Shown: one piece after another, positions 20,626-31,994 of the stretch
Layout of the letters: every line of letters starts with the position of its first letter
How positions within the stretch are numbered: the stretch's first letter is position 1
NCBI GenBank assembly: GCA_963827475.1
Contig: CAWHAZ010000005.1
Coordinates: 192,001-256,000, forward strand
Reading direction: 5' to 3'
DNA: 64,000 nucleotides
From: an uncultured Chloroflexia bacterium
Lineage (GTDB): Bacteria; Chloroflexota; Limnocylindria; QHBO01
Notes under the pieces: model-generated
The model's database searches: none
The model's input: only the letters and a program-made list of their open reading frames with translations
What the model was told of the DNA's origin: nothing
Program-made: the position numbers and the translations under genes

Positions 20626-22946
20626 TTGCACGATCGAGCGCTGCCCGATCCTTGGCGCCTGGCCCTGATCCTGGGGCTGGCGTTCGCCTTGGCCGTCACC
20701 ACCGTCCTGAGCCCGTCCCCCGTGCTCGGCGGCGCCGCGGGCCAGAAGGTGGCGATCATCGTCGGCCCGGTCGGCGGCGGCTCCATCCAGAGCAACTACC
20801 TCAACCGGGGCGAGCAGATCGCCCAGTCGGTCGAGGCGCGGGGCGGCACCGCGGTCCGCGTCTTCTCGCCGAACGCCACGTGGGCCAATGTGCTGGCCGC
20901 CGTGAACGGCGCCAACATCATCGTCTACATCGGTCACGGAAGCGGCTTTCCGAACCCGTACAGCGGGCACGCTGCAGACCGGCCTGGAACAACGGCTGGG
21001 GCCTGAACCGGATCGCCGGGCACGGACTCGGCCGACCCGACCGGCCACGGCCACGACCTCGACCACCCAGATGGTCTACTGCGGCGAGGCCGCCATCGAG
21101 GGCAAGCCCAAGCCCGCCGCGGTCAGCTGGAGCCAGTGGTGCTGCCGGTGGACCGATCACGCCCGCCCCGGGCTTCGTCATGGTCTTCTCCAACGCCTGC
21201 TACGCGCCGGGCGCGGGCGAGACCGGAGCAGACGCACACCGACCAGCGAGGGAACCGCCCTCGACCCGGGTCAACTACTTCTCCCGACCGTACCTCGCGC
21301 TCGGCGGCTCGTACTTCGCCAGCGATCTCGGCTCAGGCTCCGTGGTGGAGGCCATCCTGGACAACCCGACCACGAGGTTCGGGGACATCTTCGAGATGGG
21401 GAATGGCTACAGCGCAGACCGCGCTCCGTCGCTTCCCGCACGGCTTCATCAGCGGGGCCGAGAGCTGGATCCAGCGCACATCCGGTCCGGGCGGGCTCAT
21501 GAGCTACTGGTACGCCTTCGCGGGCAATCCGAACCAGATGGCCGCAGCCCGGCCCGCCGAACGCCGAGTTCACCGCGTCGCCGACCGGCGGGCCTCATCG
21601 AGCTGACGGTGTCGTTCTTCAACGAGACGGGCACCTACGGTCCGACGACCTACGCCTGGGACTTCGACGCCAACGGGACGGTCGATTCGACCGAGCACTC
21701 CCCGGTGTACAGGCTACCCGACGCCGGGCACCTACTCGGTGTCGATGACCGCCACCAACGGCCTCGGGACCGACTCGGTGACCAGGACGAACTACATCAC
21801 CGTCCGAACCCCGGTTCCGGGCACCTACGTCTCCGCTGCTCGCCCGCGCGGCTCCTCGACACCCGGATCGGGAACGGCCTGAGCGGCCAGTTCAGCGCGA
21901 ACGTGCCGCGGACCTTCCAGGTCGGCGGGCGGGGCGGTGTGCCGGCCAACGCGGTGGCGGTCACCGGCAACCTGACGGTCACCAACCAGAGCTGGTCCCG
22001 GCTTCGTCTACCTTGGCCCTGACCCGGTCATCGGGCCGACCAGCTCGACCCTGAACTTCCCGGCCGGCGACACGCGGGCCAACGGGGTGACGGTGGCCCT
22101 CGGCCCGAGCGGGACCCTGAGCGCGACCTTCGGCTATGCCGGCGACGTTCGACCTCGTGTTCGACGTGACCGGCTACTTCGTGCCCGGCAGCGCGGGGAG
22201 CACCTACGTCCCGCTGCCGCCGGCGCGGCTGCTGGACACGCGGGCGGGCACCGGCCTGGGCGGACCGTTCACGGCCCATGCCCCGCGCACGTTCCAGGTC
22301 GCCGGGGTGGGCGGGGTGCCGGCCACCGCGGTGGCGGTCACCGGCAACCTGGCGGTCACCGGCCAGACCGGCGCCCGGCTTCGTCTACCTCGGCCCCGAC
22401 CCGGTCGCCCAGCCGACCAGCTCGACGCGTGAACTTCCCGGCCGCCGACACGCGGGCCACCGGGGTGACCGTCGCCCTCGGCCCGGGCGGGACCCTGAGC
22501 GCGACCTTCGGCTACGCCGGCAGCACCCACCTCGTGTTCGACGTGACCGGCTACTTCGTGCCCGATGGCTCGGGGGCGACCTTCGTCCCGCTCTCCCCGT
22601 CGCGCCTGCTGGACACCCGGGTCGGCAACGGCCTGGGCGGACCGTTCTCGGCGCATGCCCCGCGCACGTTCCAGGTCCACGGCCGGGGCGGCGTGCCGGC
22701 CACCGCGGTGGGGGTCACCGGCAACCTGGCGGTCACCGGCCAGAGCGGCCCCGGCTTCGCCTTCCTCGGCCCAGATCCGGTCGCCCAGCCCGACCAGCTC
22801 GACCCTGAACTTCCCGTGCGGCCGACACCCGGGCCACCGGGGTGACGGTCGCCCTCGGCCCGGGCGGGACCCTGAGCGCGACGTTCGGCTACGCCGGCAC
22901 GACCCACCTCATCTTCGACGTCACCGGCTACTTCTACACCGACTGA
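20626..22946 (+). CDS. Secreted protein: putative His/Cys (caspase/gingipain-like) domain + PKD domain + three surface repeats; multiple frameshifts
   Basis: GGAG then TTG at 20626; signal-like helix; VYIGHGSG and FSNACY; PKD-like LTVSF..YAWDFD..GTYSVSMTATN; stop at 22944-22946. Confidence 0.65.
21820..22946 (+). repeat. Three tandem ~120-aa 'RLLDTR...FDVTGYF' modules
   Basis: Repeated RLLDTR.G.GL, PRTFQV.GRGGVPA.AVAVTGNL, STLNFP.GDTRA.GVTVALG, FDVTGYF. Confidence 0.9.
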
Positions 22947-23077
22947 CGGCGCCGGCTCGAGCGCGGCCGGGCCATTAGTACCATGGGTCCCGCGCCGGGC
23001 GGTCGGTAAGGTGTGGCCCGCTGGAGTCTAGGGCGGTCGCACGCCCTCGAACCAGCTTGATCGAGGCCATCGCTCGC

Positions 23078-25881
23078 GTGCATCGGTTGACCTTCCTCAG
23101 CTGAACGCTCGCCGCTCGCCATCGCCGTCCTCATCGTGGGTGCCTCGCTCTGGCACCTCACCGGTGGCCGCGCCCGGTCGCCCCGTCCCCGGGACGGCAG
23201 CGGACGGCACGCCGGGGTCCACGCCCGTCCCTCCTTCCGGGCGGGAGCCATCACGCCCCCGAGCGGCGATGCCCTGCCGCCGATCCGGAAGGGCTCGAGC
23301 AGCCGGGCGGTCCATGCCGAGATGCTGGCTCAGCACGGCCAGGATGCGCCCGCGTTCGAGCCGGGCGCCCGACCCGGTCCGAGCTCGCGACGTCGTCGGC
23401 CGCCGCATCGAGCGTTCCGATCGCCCCGCGGCTGCGCTGCCGAACGGCCTGCGCAAGGAGGTCCTGGGCTTCCTGCCGTACTGGATGCTGGTCCGATTCC
23501 AAGCTGCAGTGGATGCGCTACGACCTGGTGTCGACCATCGCCTTCTTCGGTGTCGCGGCCCAGTCCGACGGCACGCTGGCGACCTACGCTCCGGGCTGGC
23601 CCGGGTGGTACAGCAGCGCGATGACCAGGGTCATCGACGCCGCCCACGCCCGCGGGGTGAAGGTGGTCCTGACCGTCACCATGATGGCGTGGGACGCGAG
23701 CACCGCCGCCCAGCAGGCGGCCCTGCTCGGGAGCGCCGCCAATCGAGCCAATCTCATCGCACGCCATCGTGGCCGCCGTCCGTGATCGGAACGCGGATGG
23801 GGTGAACCTCGACTTCGAGCCGGTCGCGGTGGCCCAGAAGCGCCCAGTACACGTCGTTCGTCCGGCAACTCAAGGCGGCGCTCGTCGCGGCCGGGGTCGG
23901 GCTCCTACCTGACGGTCTGCACCACGGCCGGGGCCGGGACGTGGGCGACCGGGTACGACCTCGCGCGGGCTCGTGGCCCCCGGCGCGGCGGACAGCATTT
24001 TCGTGATGGGGTACGACTACAGCTGGTCGGGCTCCGCTCGTGCCGGCGGCGTGGCGCCGATGGACTCGCCCGTACATGCTCGACGTCAGCGAGTCGGTGG
24101 ATGACTACCTCCGCTTCGTCCCGCCGTCGAAGCTCATCTGGGGCGTCCCGTACTACGGCCGAACCTGGCGGACGCACCTCCGACGCGCTCAATGCTCCTG
24201 ACCGCGCCCGGCGCCTCGGCGTCATCGGTGGCGTACTACTACGTCGGAAACCAGGTGCTGGCCAGGCGCAGCACGGTCGTCGGTGGGATCCGGTCGGCAG
24301 GTGCCGTGGTTCGCGTACTACGACAGCGCGGCCGGCGTCATGGGTCGAGGGCTACTACGACGACGTCCAGTCCCTGGCCGTGAAGTGGGACATGGTCAAC
24401 CAGCGCGGGCTGGCCGGCACCGGAATGTGGGCCCTGCTCATGGACGAGGGCAGCCCGGACCTGTGGAACCTCCTGGCGGCCAAGTTCGTGAATGTTCCCC
24501 CCACATTCACCGAAACCTACAACCCGCCGCGGACCCTGTTCTTCGAGCCAGGCACCTACGTCGGCCGCCAGTTCAACGCCTCCGGGGCCGTCACCGCCAG
24601 CCTGTCGTACACCTTGGCCACTGCTTCCAACGCGCCGACGAGCCAGCGCAGCACTATCCCCAACCAGCCTGGGACCTGGTACTACATCACGGCCGGGATC
24701 TGGGCGGGCTACTGGATTCAGGAGTCAGCCGGCGTCACCCTGGGTGCCCCGCCGCCGGCCACCTACGTGCCCCTCGACCCCGTCCCGACTGCTCGACACC
24801 CGGGTCGGCAACGGCCTCGCCGGGCCGTTCGTGGCCAACACCCCGCGCACCTTCCAGGTCGCCGGCCGGGGCGGCGTGCCGGCCAGCGCGGTGGCGGTCA
24901 CCGGCAACCTGGCGGTCACCAACCCGAGCGGCGCCGGCTGCGGCCTACCTCGGCCCGACCGCGGTCGGCAGCCCGACCAGCTCGACCCTGAACTTCCCGG
25001 CCGGCGACACCCGGGCGACCGGGGTGACGGTGGCCCTCGGCCCGGGCGGCAGCCTGAGCGCGACCGTCGGCTATGTCGGCTCGGCCGACCTCATCTTCGA
25101 CGTGACCGGCTACTTCGTGCCCGACGGCTCGCGGCGCGACCTACGTGCCCGCTCGACCCCGTCCCGACTGCTCGACACCCGGGTCGGCAACGGCCTGGCC
25201 GGGCCGTTCGTGGCCAACACCCCGCGCACCTTCCAGGTCGCCGGCCGGGGTGGCGTGCCGGCCAGCGCGGTGGCGGTCACCGGCAACCTGGCGGTCACCG
25301 GCCAGAGCGGCCCCGGCTTCGTCTACCTCGGCCCGACCGCGGTGCCGCAACCCGACCAGCTCGACCCTGAACTTCCCGGCCGGCGACACCCGGGCGACCG
25401 GGGTGACGGTGGCCCTCGGCCCGGGCGGGACCCTGAGCGCGACCGTTCGGCTACGCCGGCACGACCCACCTCATGTTCGACGTGACCGGCTACTTCGTGC
25501 CCGACGGCTCGGGCGCGACCTACGTCCCGCTGCCCCCGTCCCGGCTGCTCGACACCCGGGTCGGCAACGGCCTGGCCGGGCCGTTCGTGGCCAACACCCC
25601 GCGCACCTTCCAGGTCGCCGGCCGGGGCGGCGTGCCGGCCAGCGCGGTGGCGGTCACCGGCAACCTGGCGGTCACCAGCCAGAGCGGCCCCGGCTTCGTC
25701 TACCTCGGCCCGACCGCGGTCAGCAGCCCGACCAGCTCGACCCTGAACTTCCCGACCGGCGACACCCGGGCGACCGGGGTGACGGTGGCCCTCGGCCCGG
25801 GCGGGACCCTGAGCGCGACCTTCGGCTACGCCGGCACGACCGCACCTCATCTTCGACGTGACCGGCTACTTCGTGCCCTGA
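23078..25881 (+). CDS. Secreted glycoside hydrolase family 18 protein with three C-terminal surface repeats; multiple frameshifts, start approximate
   Basis: EVLGFLPYW, AHARGVKVVL, DGVNLDFEP, VMGYDYSW, KLIWGVPYYG, YYDDVQSLAVK, GTGMWAL. Confidence 0.75.
24760..25881 (+). repeat. Three tandem ~120-aa 'RLLDTR...FDVTGYF' modules, near-identical at DNA level
   Basis: ctgctcgacacccgggtcggcaacggcct recurs near 24790, 25170 and 25545. Confidence 0.9.
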
Positions 25882-26798
25882 TCCGTCTCGAGGCCCTGAT
25901 CGGTCTCGAGGACGCGCTCCCACACCGCTCGCATCCCGTCGCGGTGGCGCTCCACGCCGAACCTCGCCGCTGAGGCGGCAACCTGCTCGGGGTCGTAGTC
26001 GGGCACGGCGGCAAGGGCCGCCTCGTAGGCGCCATCGGTGACGAGGGTGCCGTTCTCGCCATCGGTCACGATCTCCGTCGAGCCCACCGACCGCCGCGGC
26101 GACCACCCAGCGCCCCGACGCGATCGCCTCCGCCGCGACCAGGCCGTACGGCTCGACCCGCGAAGGCACGAGCAGCACGTCATGGCTCGCCAGCAACGCC
26201 GGGCACCTCGGCGGGGTCGACCTCGCGCAGTCCGGGGCCGACGAGCGTATCCGCCAGCCTCCTCGCCACGTCGATGCCCTTCTCCGCGACGTTCCCGCCG
26301 AGGTACAGGACCCGGCGCTGCGGTGGCCGGGGCGCAGGCCCAAAGCGCGCCAGGTCGATTCCCGGCGGAATGACGTCGGCCCGCCGTCCGAGACGGGCGA
26401 CGTGCCCCGCGGTCTCGGCCGAGTTGGCGACCACGACCCTGGCTGATCGGACGACCCGGCGAGCCAGCCAGCGATGGAGCACGGACCGTTGGGCCGCATC
26501 TCGCACATCCGAGCCATGGGCGTACACCACCAGCGGCAGGCGTCGCAGGCGAGCGGCGAGAAGGGCGGGCGGGCCGCTGGCGAGCACGAAATGCGCCTCC
26601 ACGCCGTCGAAGCGGCCGCGGACCGTCAGGGCGTCCCACGTCAGCCGCAGGAACCGTGCCCACCGCGATCCGTCGTAGCGGTGCGGCGCCACGACCGTCG
26701 CGCGCAGGACGGGCATCGGCGAGCCGGTCACGGACGAAGGCGCCTGCGGCGGGCCGATCAGGCGTCGGGTAGCGAGTCGTCACCACCAGCAGCCGCAT
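25866..26798 (-). CDS. Glycosyltransferase family 4 (frameshifted)
   Basis: [45 protein letters not shown] spread over three frames. Confidence 0.8.
   Translation of the reverse strand: MRLLVVTTRYPTPDRPAAGAFVRDRLADARPARDGRGAAPLRRIAVGTVPAADVGRPDGPRPLRRRGGAFRARQRPARPSRRSPATPAAGGVRPWLGCARCGPTVRAPSLAGSPGRPISQGRGRQLGRDRGARRPSRTAGRRHSAGNRPGALWACAPATAAPGPVPRRERRGEGHRRGEEAGGYARRPRTARGRPRRGARRCWRAMTCCSCLRGSSRTAWSRRRRSRRGAGWSPRRSVGSTEIVTDGENGTLVTDGAYEAALAAVPDYDPEQVAASAARFGVERHRDGMRAVWERVLETDQGLETDQGTK
25876..25911. repeat. 18-bp tandem duplication at convergent gene ends
   Basis: CCCTGATCCGTCTCGAGG CCCTGATCGGTCTCGAGG. Confidence 0.8.
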
Positions 26799-26833
26799 GG
26801 GGCGCGACGGTAGCACGGGTAGAATCGGGCGCA

Positions 26834-27568
26834 GTGTCGACCATCGCCGCACCACGCCGCGCCGACGGGCGCCTCCCGAACCAGCTCCGGCCGGTGAAGA
26901 TCGTGCCCGACTACCTGAAGTTCGCCGAGGGGTCGGCCCTCATCCGGGTCGGTGAGACGCGGGTCCTGTGCGCGGCGACGCTCGAGGACCGGGTGCCACC
27001 GTTCCTGCGCGGCAAGGGGACCGGCTGGGTCACCGCCGAGTACAGCATGCTGCCCCGGGCCGGTACCGAGCGGAGCCCGCGCGAGGCGAGCACCGGCAAG
27101 ATCGGGGGGCGGACCCACGAGATCCAGCGCCTGATCGGCCGCTCGCTGCGATCGGTCGTCGACATGGCCGGCCTGGGCGAGCGCAGCCTGACCCTCGACT
27201 GCGACGTCCTGCAGGCCGATGGCGGGACGCGGACGGCCTCGATCACCGGCGCGTACGTAGCCCTCGCCCGGGCACTCAACAAGTACGGCATGGAACGGCT
27301 CCTGACCGGGCAGGTGGCCGCGGTGAGCGTCGGGCTGGGGGCGAACGGCCTTCTCCTCGACCTCGACTACGCGGAGGACTCGTCCGCCGGCGTCGACTTC
27401 AACGTGGTCATGCTCGATGACGGGCGATTCGTCGAGATCCAGGGCACGGCCGAGCACACCCCGTTCAGCGCGGAGCAGATGGCCGAGATGGTCGGGCTCG
27501 CCTCCGCGGGGATCCGGCAGCTGTACGAGCTCCAGCGCGAGGCGATCGCGGCCCCCGCCACCGAGTGA
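26834..27568 (+). CDS. rph: Ribonuclease PH
   Basis: [55 protein letters not shown]. Confidence 0.97.
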   Translation: MSTIAAPRRADGRLPNQLRPVKIVPDYLKFAEGSALIRVGETRVLCAATLEDRVPPFLRGKGTGWVTAEYSMLPRAGTERSPREASTGKIGGRTHEIQRLIGRSLRSVVDMAGLGERSLTLDCDVLQADGGTRTASITGAYVALARALNKYGMERLLTGQVAAVSVGLGANGLLLDLDYAEDSSAGVDFNVVMLDDGRFVEIQGTAEHTPFSAEQMAEMVGLASAGIRQLYELQREAIAAPATE

Positions 27569-28200
27569 GCCGGCTCCTGGTCGCCACCCACAACCCCGGC
27601 AAGCTGGCCGAGTTCCGACGGCTCCTCGCTCCCCTCGACGCGGAGGTCGTCAGCGCCCGGGACCTGGGCCTGGACCTCGACGTCCCCGAGCCGCACGACA
27701 CGTACGCGGAGAATGCCGCCGACAAGGCCGTCGCCTTCTGCCGGGCGTCGGGCGAGCTCACCGTGGCCGATGACTCGGGCATCGAAGTCGCGGCGCTCGA
27801 TTGGGGCCCGGGCGTCCGGTCGGCGCGCTTCGCATCGGACGATGGCCTGAGCGGGCCCGATCTCCTGCTCCAGCGGCTCGAGGGCGCGGAGGATCGTCGG
27901 GCGCGGATGGTCTGCTGGCTGGCCGTGGCCGAACCTCTTCCTGAACGGACCGATGCGCCCGCGGTCGAGCTCTTCGACGGCGTGGTCGAGGGCAGCGTCG
28001 CCCGTGAACGGCGCGGTGACGGGGGATTCGGGTACGACCCGGTCTTCGAGCTGCCCGACGGCCGGACCACGGCCCAGCTGGAGGAAGCCGAAAAGGACGC
28101 GCTGTCCCACCGCGGCCGCGCGGTGCAGGCCGCGACGCCTCGTCTTCGGGAGCTCCTCCTCGCCCACGCTAGAATGCCGGCCACAGCGGAGGACGCATGA
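27565..28200 (+). CDS. rdgB: Non-canonical purine NTP pyrophosphatase (Ham1 family)
   Basis: [29 protein letters not shown]; coupled to rph. Confidence 0.95.
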   Translation: MSRLLVATHNPGKLAEFRRLLAPLDAEVVSARDLGLDLDVPEPHDTYAENAADKAVAFCRASGELTVADDSGIEVAALDWGPGVRSARFASDDGLSGPDLLLQRLEGAEDRRARMVCWLAVAEPLPERTDAPAVELFDGVVEGSVARERRGDGGFGYDPVFELPDGRTTAQLEEAEKDALSHRGRAVQAATPRLRELLLAHARMPATAEDA

Positions 28201-28799
28201 ACGAAACCTCGTCCGTGCGCGTCCATCCCAGCGCCGATGTCTCCGCCGACGCGAGCATCGGCCCCGGCACCAGCATCTGGAACCATGCCCAGGTCCGCGA
28301 GCGTGCCCGGATCGGGACGGATTGCGTGATCGGCAAGAACGTGTACGTCGACTTCGAGGTCGTCGTCGGTGACCGGGTCAAGATCCAGAACAACGCGTCG
28401 CTGTACCACGGCGTGACGGTGGAGGACGGCGTGTTCATCGGTCCTCATGTCTGCCTGACCAACGACCGTCTGCCCCGGGCCATCAACCCGGACGGCACCC
28501 GCAAGTCCGATGCGGACTGGGAGGTCGGGCCGATCCGCGTCCGGTCCGGCGCGGCGCTCGGCGCGGCCAGCGTCATCGTGCCGGGCGTGACCATCGGCCG
28601 CTGGGCGCTGGTCGGGGCCGGCAGCGTGGTCACCGGCGACGTCGCCGACTACGCCCTCGTGGTCGGGAACCCCGCCCATCGCATCGGCAGCGCCTGCCCC
28701 TGCGGCGAGCCGCTGCGCGACGGGCCGGACGGGACTCCGTTCGCCGGTCCGTGCCCGAGCTGTGGACGGCCGTTCCCCCCGATCGAGGACGCGCCATGA
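28197..28799 (+). CDS. Hexapeptide-repeat N-acetyltransferase (WbpD/WlbB-like)
   Basis: VKIQNNASLYHGVTVEDGVFIGP..TND..PR, VGNPA, C-terminal CPCG..CPSC. Confidence 0.88.
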   Translation: MNETSSVRVHPSADVSADASIGPGTSIWNHAQVRERARIGTDCVIGKNVYVDFEVVVGDRVKIQNNASLYHGVTVEDGVFIGPHVCLTNDRLPRAINPDGTRKSDADWEVGPIRVRSGAALGAASVIVPGVTIGRWALVGAGSVVTGDVADYALVVGNPAHRIGSACPCGEPLRDGPDGTPFAGPCPSCGRPFPPIEDAP

Positions 28800-29896
28800 A
28801 GGTCGTCTCGATCGTCGGCGCCCGGCCGCAGTTCGTGAAGGCGGCCCCGGTCAGCCGCCAGCTGCGGACGCGGCATCGGGAGATCCTGGTCCACACCGGC
28901 CAGCACTACGACGACGCGATGAGCGACGTCTTCTTCCGTGACCTCGGCCTTCCGCCGCCCGACCGCAACCTCGAGGTGGGCAGCGGGTCGCATGCCACCC
29001 AGACCGCGGAGATGCTCCGCCGCCTCGAGCCGGTCCTCGTCGACGAGGCACCCGATGTCGTCCTGCTGTACGGCGACACGAACTCCACCCTGGCCGGCGC
29101 ACTCGCCGCGGCCAAGCTGAACGACCTGGCGGAGCGGCGGCCGACGATCGCCCACGTCGAGGCCGGCCTGCGCTCGTTCAACCCATCCATGCCCGAGGAG
29201 CGGAACCGGATCGTGGCCGACCACCTCTCCGACCTCCTCCTCGCGCCGACCCCGACCGCCATGGACAATCTCGAGCGCGAGGGTCTCGCCGAGCGATCGG
29301 TGCTGGTCGGCGACGTGATGGTCGACGCGATGGACGCCGCCCTCGAACGGTCGGCCGCCGCGCTGCCGGCGGAAGCCGTCGACCACCCCGGCTACGTGCT
29401 CCTCACCCTCCACCGGCCCTCGAACGTGGACGACCCGGCGCGGCTCGGCGCATGGCTGTCGGCCATCGGCCAGATCGGCCCGGTCCTGTTTCCCGTCCAT
29501 CCCCGAACGCGCGCCGTGCTCGAGCGGGCCGGCGTCGCGGTTCCACCATCGGTCACCCTGATGGAGCCGGTCGGCTACCTGGCCATGGTTGCCCTCGAGC
29601 ACGGGGCCCGGGCCGTCGCGACCGACTCGGGCGGCGTCCAGAAGGAGGCCTACCTGGCCGGCGTCCCGTGCGTCACCCTGCGCGGCGAGACCGAATGGGT
29701 GGAGACCGTCGACGCGGGCTGGAACCGCCTGGCGCCCAACCCCTCGGACCTCGGGCCGGCGCTGGCCGCCGCCATGGCCCCCGATTCGGGCCGGCCACGG
29801 CCCGCGCTGTACGGGGACGGGCACGCGGCGCAGCGGATCATGGAATCCCTCGAGCGATTGACCGCGTCTCGCGCGGCCGGCCAGGTGGCGTCGTGA
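28796..29896 (+). CDS. wecB: UDP-N-acetylglucosamine 2-epimerase family (WecB/WbpI-like)
   Basis: VGARPQFVK, HTGQHYD, GDTNSTLAG, HVEAGLRS, TDSGGVQKEA. Confidence 0.93.
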   Translation: MKVVSIVGARPQFVKAAPVSRQLRTRHREILVHTGQHYDDAMSDVFFRDLGLPPPDRNLEVGSGSHATQTAEMLRRLEPVLVDEAPDVVLLYGDTNSTLAGALAAAKLNDLAERRPTIAHVEAGLRSFNPSMPEERNRIVADHLSDLLLAPTPTAMDNLEREGLAERSVLVGDVMVDAMDAALERSAAALPAEAVDHPGYVLLTLHRPSNVDDPARLGAWLSAIGQIGPVLFPVHPRTRAVLERAGVAVPPSVTLMEPVGYLAMVALEHGARAVATDSGGVQKEAYLAGVPCVTLRGETEWVETVDAGWNRLAPNPSDLGPALAAAMAPDSGRPRPALYGDGHAAQRIMESLERLTASRAAGQVAS

Positions 29897-30999
29897 TCCC
29901 CATCGCCCAGCCGCAGATCGGGCCCGAGGAGCAGGCCCGGGTGGCGGAGACGCTGGCCTCCGGCTCGCTGGCCCAGGGGCCGCGCGTCCGCGAGCTCGAG
30001 GAGCGCTTCGCGTCCCTGGTCGGGGTGCCCCACGCGGTCGCCACCTCGTCGGGCACGACGGCCCTCCATCTCGCCCTGCTGGCCGCCGGGGTCGGCGAAG
30101 GCGACGAGGTCATCACCTCCCCGTTCACGTTCATCGCGAGCGGGACGAGCATCCTGTACACCGGCGCCCGGCCGGTGTTCGTCGACGTCGACGCGCGGTC
30201 GTTCATGATCAATCCGGAGGCGATCGACGCGGCGGTCACGCCGCGGACGAAGGCGATCATGCCCGTCAGCCTGTACGGGCAACCCGCCGACCTGCCCGCC
30301 ATCGAGGCCATCGCCGAGCGCCGCGGGATCGCCCTCATCGAGGACGCCGCGCAGAGCCACGGGGCGTCCATCGACGGGCGCGCGTCGGGCAGCTTCGGCC
30401 AGGGCGTGTTCAGCTTCTACCCGACCAAGAACATGACCACCGGCGAGGGCGGCATGATCACCACCGCCGACGGCGCGCTGGCGGAGTGGGCTCGCCTCCG
30501 GCGGGAGCACGGCATGAAGGTCCGCTACCACCACGACGTGCTCGGCTACAACTTCCGGATGACCGATATCCACGCCGCCATCGGGCTGGCCCAGCTCGAC
30601 AAGCTTGCCGGCTTCAACGCCCGACGGATCGCGACCGCGGCGCGATACAGCGCCGAGCTGCGGGGCGTCGTCACGCCGTGGGTCCGCCCCGGCACGACCC
30701 ATGTCTTCCACCAGTACACCCTTCGCGTCCTGAAGCGCGACGCCTTCGTCGACGCGCTCCGCGAGCGGGGCGTCGGGACGGGGGTGTACTACCCGATCCC
30801 GGTGCACCGCCAGAAGCCGTTCGCCGAGCTGGGCTACGACGCCCACTCGTTCCCGGTGAGCGAGCAGCTGTGCGAGGAGGTCGTCTCGATCCCGGTCCAC
30901 CCGGGCCTGTCCGATGCCGACGTGGACAGCGTGATCGAGGCCGTCAATGGCGTCGCCGCCGAGCTCGGGGCGCACCCGGAGAGTCGAGTCCCGGCATGA
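29893..30999 (+). CDS. DegT/DnrJ/EryC1/StrS aminotransferase (WbpE/WlbC-like)
   Basis: SSGTTALH, EDAAQSHG, SFYPTKNMTTGEGG, GYNFRM. Confidence 0.93.
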   Translation: MIPIAQPQIGPEEQARVAETLASGSLAQGPRVRELEERFASLVGVPHAVATSSGTTALHLALLAAGVGEGDEVITSPFTFIASGTSILYTGARPVFVDVDARSFMINPEAIDAAVTPRTKAIMPVSLYGQPADLPAIEAIAERRGIALIEDAAQSHGASIDGRASGSFGQGVFSFYPTKNMTTGEGGMITTADGALAEWARLRREHGMKVRYHHDVLGYNFRMTDIHAAIGLAQLDKLAGFNARRIATAARYSAELRGVVTPWVRPGTTHVFHQYTLRVLKRDAFVDALRERGVGTGVYYPIPVHRQKPFAELGYDAHSFPVSEQLCEEVVSIPVHPGLSDADVDSVIEAVNGVAAELGAHPESRVPA

Positions 31000-31994
31000 G
31001 CGGCGAGCGACTGCGCGCCGCCGTCATCGGCCTGGGGATGATGGGCGCGAACCACGCCCGGGTCCTGAACGAGCTGCCCGACGCCGACCTGGTCGCTGTC
31101 GTCGACCTCGATCCGGGGGCCGTCGATCGCGCCACGGCCGGCCGAACCGCTCGCGGCTATGGCGACGCCGGGCGGATGCTGGCGGAAGAGCAGCCCGACC
31201 TGGTGGTCGTGGCGGTCCCCACCTCCCTCCACCTCAGCGCCACGCTCGAGTCGCTGGCCGCGGGGGCCCACGTCCTGGTCGAGAAGCCCATCGCGCCGGA
31301 CCGGCCGCAGGCGGAGGAGATGATCGCCGCGGCGGAGGCCGCCGGTCGGCTGCTGACCGTCGGCCACATCGAGCGCTTCAACCCGGCCATCCGCGAGCTG
31401 AACCGCCGCCTCCGCGCCGGGGAGCTGGGCCGCATCTTCCAGATCCGTGCCGCGCGGCTGGGGCCGTTCCCGGCCCGCGTGCGGGATGTCGGGGTGGTGG
31501 TCGACCTCGCCCCGCACGACATCGACGTCATGCGCTATCTCCTCCAGTCGGAGCCCGTCCGGATGTACGCCGAAACCGAGCAGCGAATCCACACCGACCA
31601 CGAGGACCTGTTCACCGGGCTCATCAAGTTCGAATCCGGCGCCATCGGCCTGCTCGAGATCAACTGGCTGACCCCGACCAAGGTGCGACGGCTGACGGTC
31701 ACCGGTGAGCGCGGCATGTACGAGGCCGACTACCTCAGCCAGGACCTCGTCTTCTACGCGAACCCCGACCAGGAGCTGGTGTCCGAGGGCGAGATGACCC
31801 GCCGCGCGGTGCAGCGCCGGGAGCCGCTGGCGGTCGAGCTGTCGGAGTTCCTGGCCGCCATCCGCGACGACGGCCCGCCCCCGGTGTCACCCCAGGACGC
31901 GCTGGTCGCGATGCTGCTGGCCCGGGCCATGGTCGACGCGGCGCAGCGGGGCATCGTCATCGGCGCCGACGAGCTGGCCCCCCTGCTGGTATGA
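30996..31994 (+). CDS. Gfo/Idh/MocA oxidoreductase (WbpB/WlbA-like)
   Basis: IGLGMMG, VLVEKP, GHIERFNP, DLAPHDID. Confidence 0.9.
   Translation: MSGERLRAAVIGLGMMGANHARVLNELPDADLVAVVDLDPGAVDRATAGRTARGYGDAGRMLAEEQPDLVVVAVPTSLHLSATLESLAAGAHVLVEKPIAPDRPQAEEMIAAAEAAGRLLTVGHIERFNPAIRELNRRLRAGELGRIFQIRAARLGPFPARVRDVGVVVDLAPHDIDVMRYLLQSEPVRMYAETEQRIHTDHEDLFTGLIKFESGAIGLLEINWLTPTKVRRLTVTGERGMYEADYLSQDLVFYANPDQELVSEGEMTRRAVQRREPLAVELSEFLAAIRDDGPPPVSPQDALVAMLLARAMVDAAQRGIVIGADELAPLLV

Noticed and set aside
21820..25881. Repeats as a CRISPR array or diversity-generating retroelement
   Set aside because: Units are ~370-bp coding modules; no short repeat-spacer pattern, cas gene or reverse transcriptase
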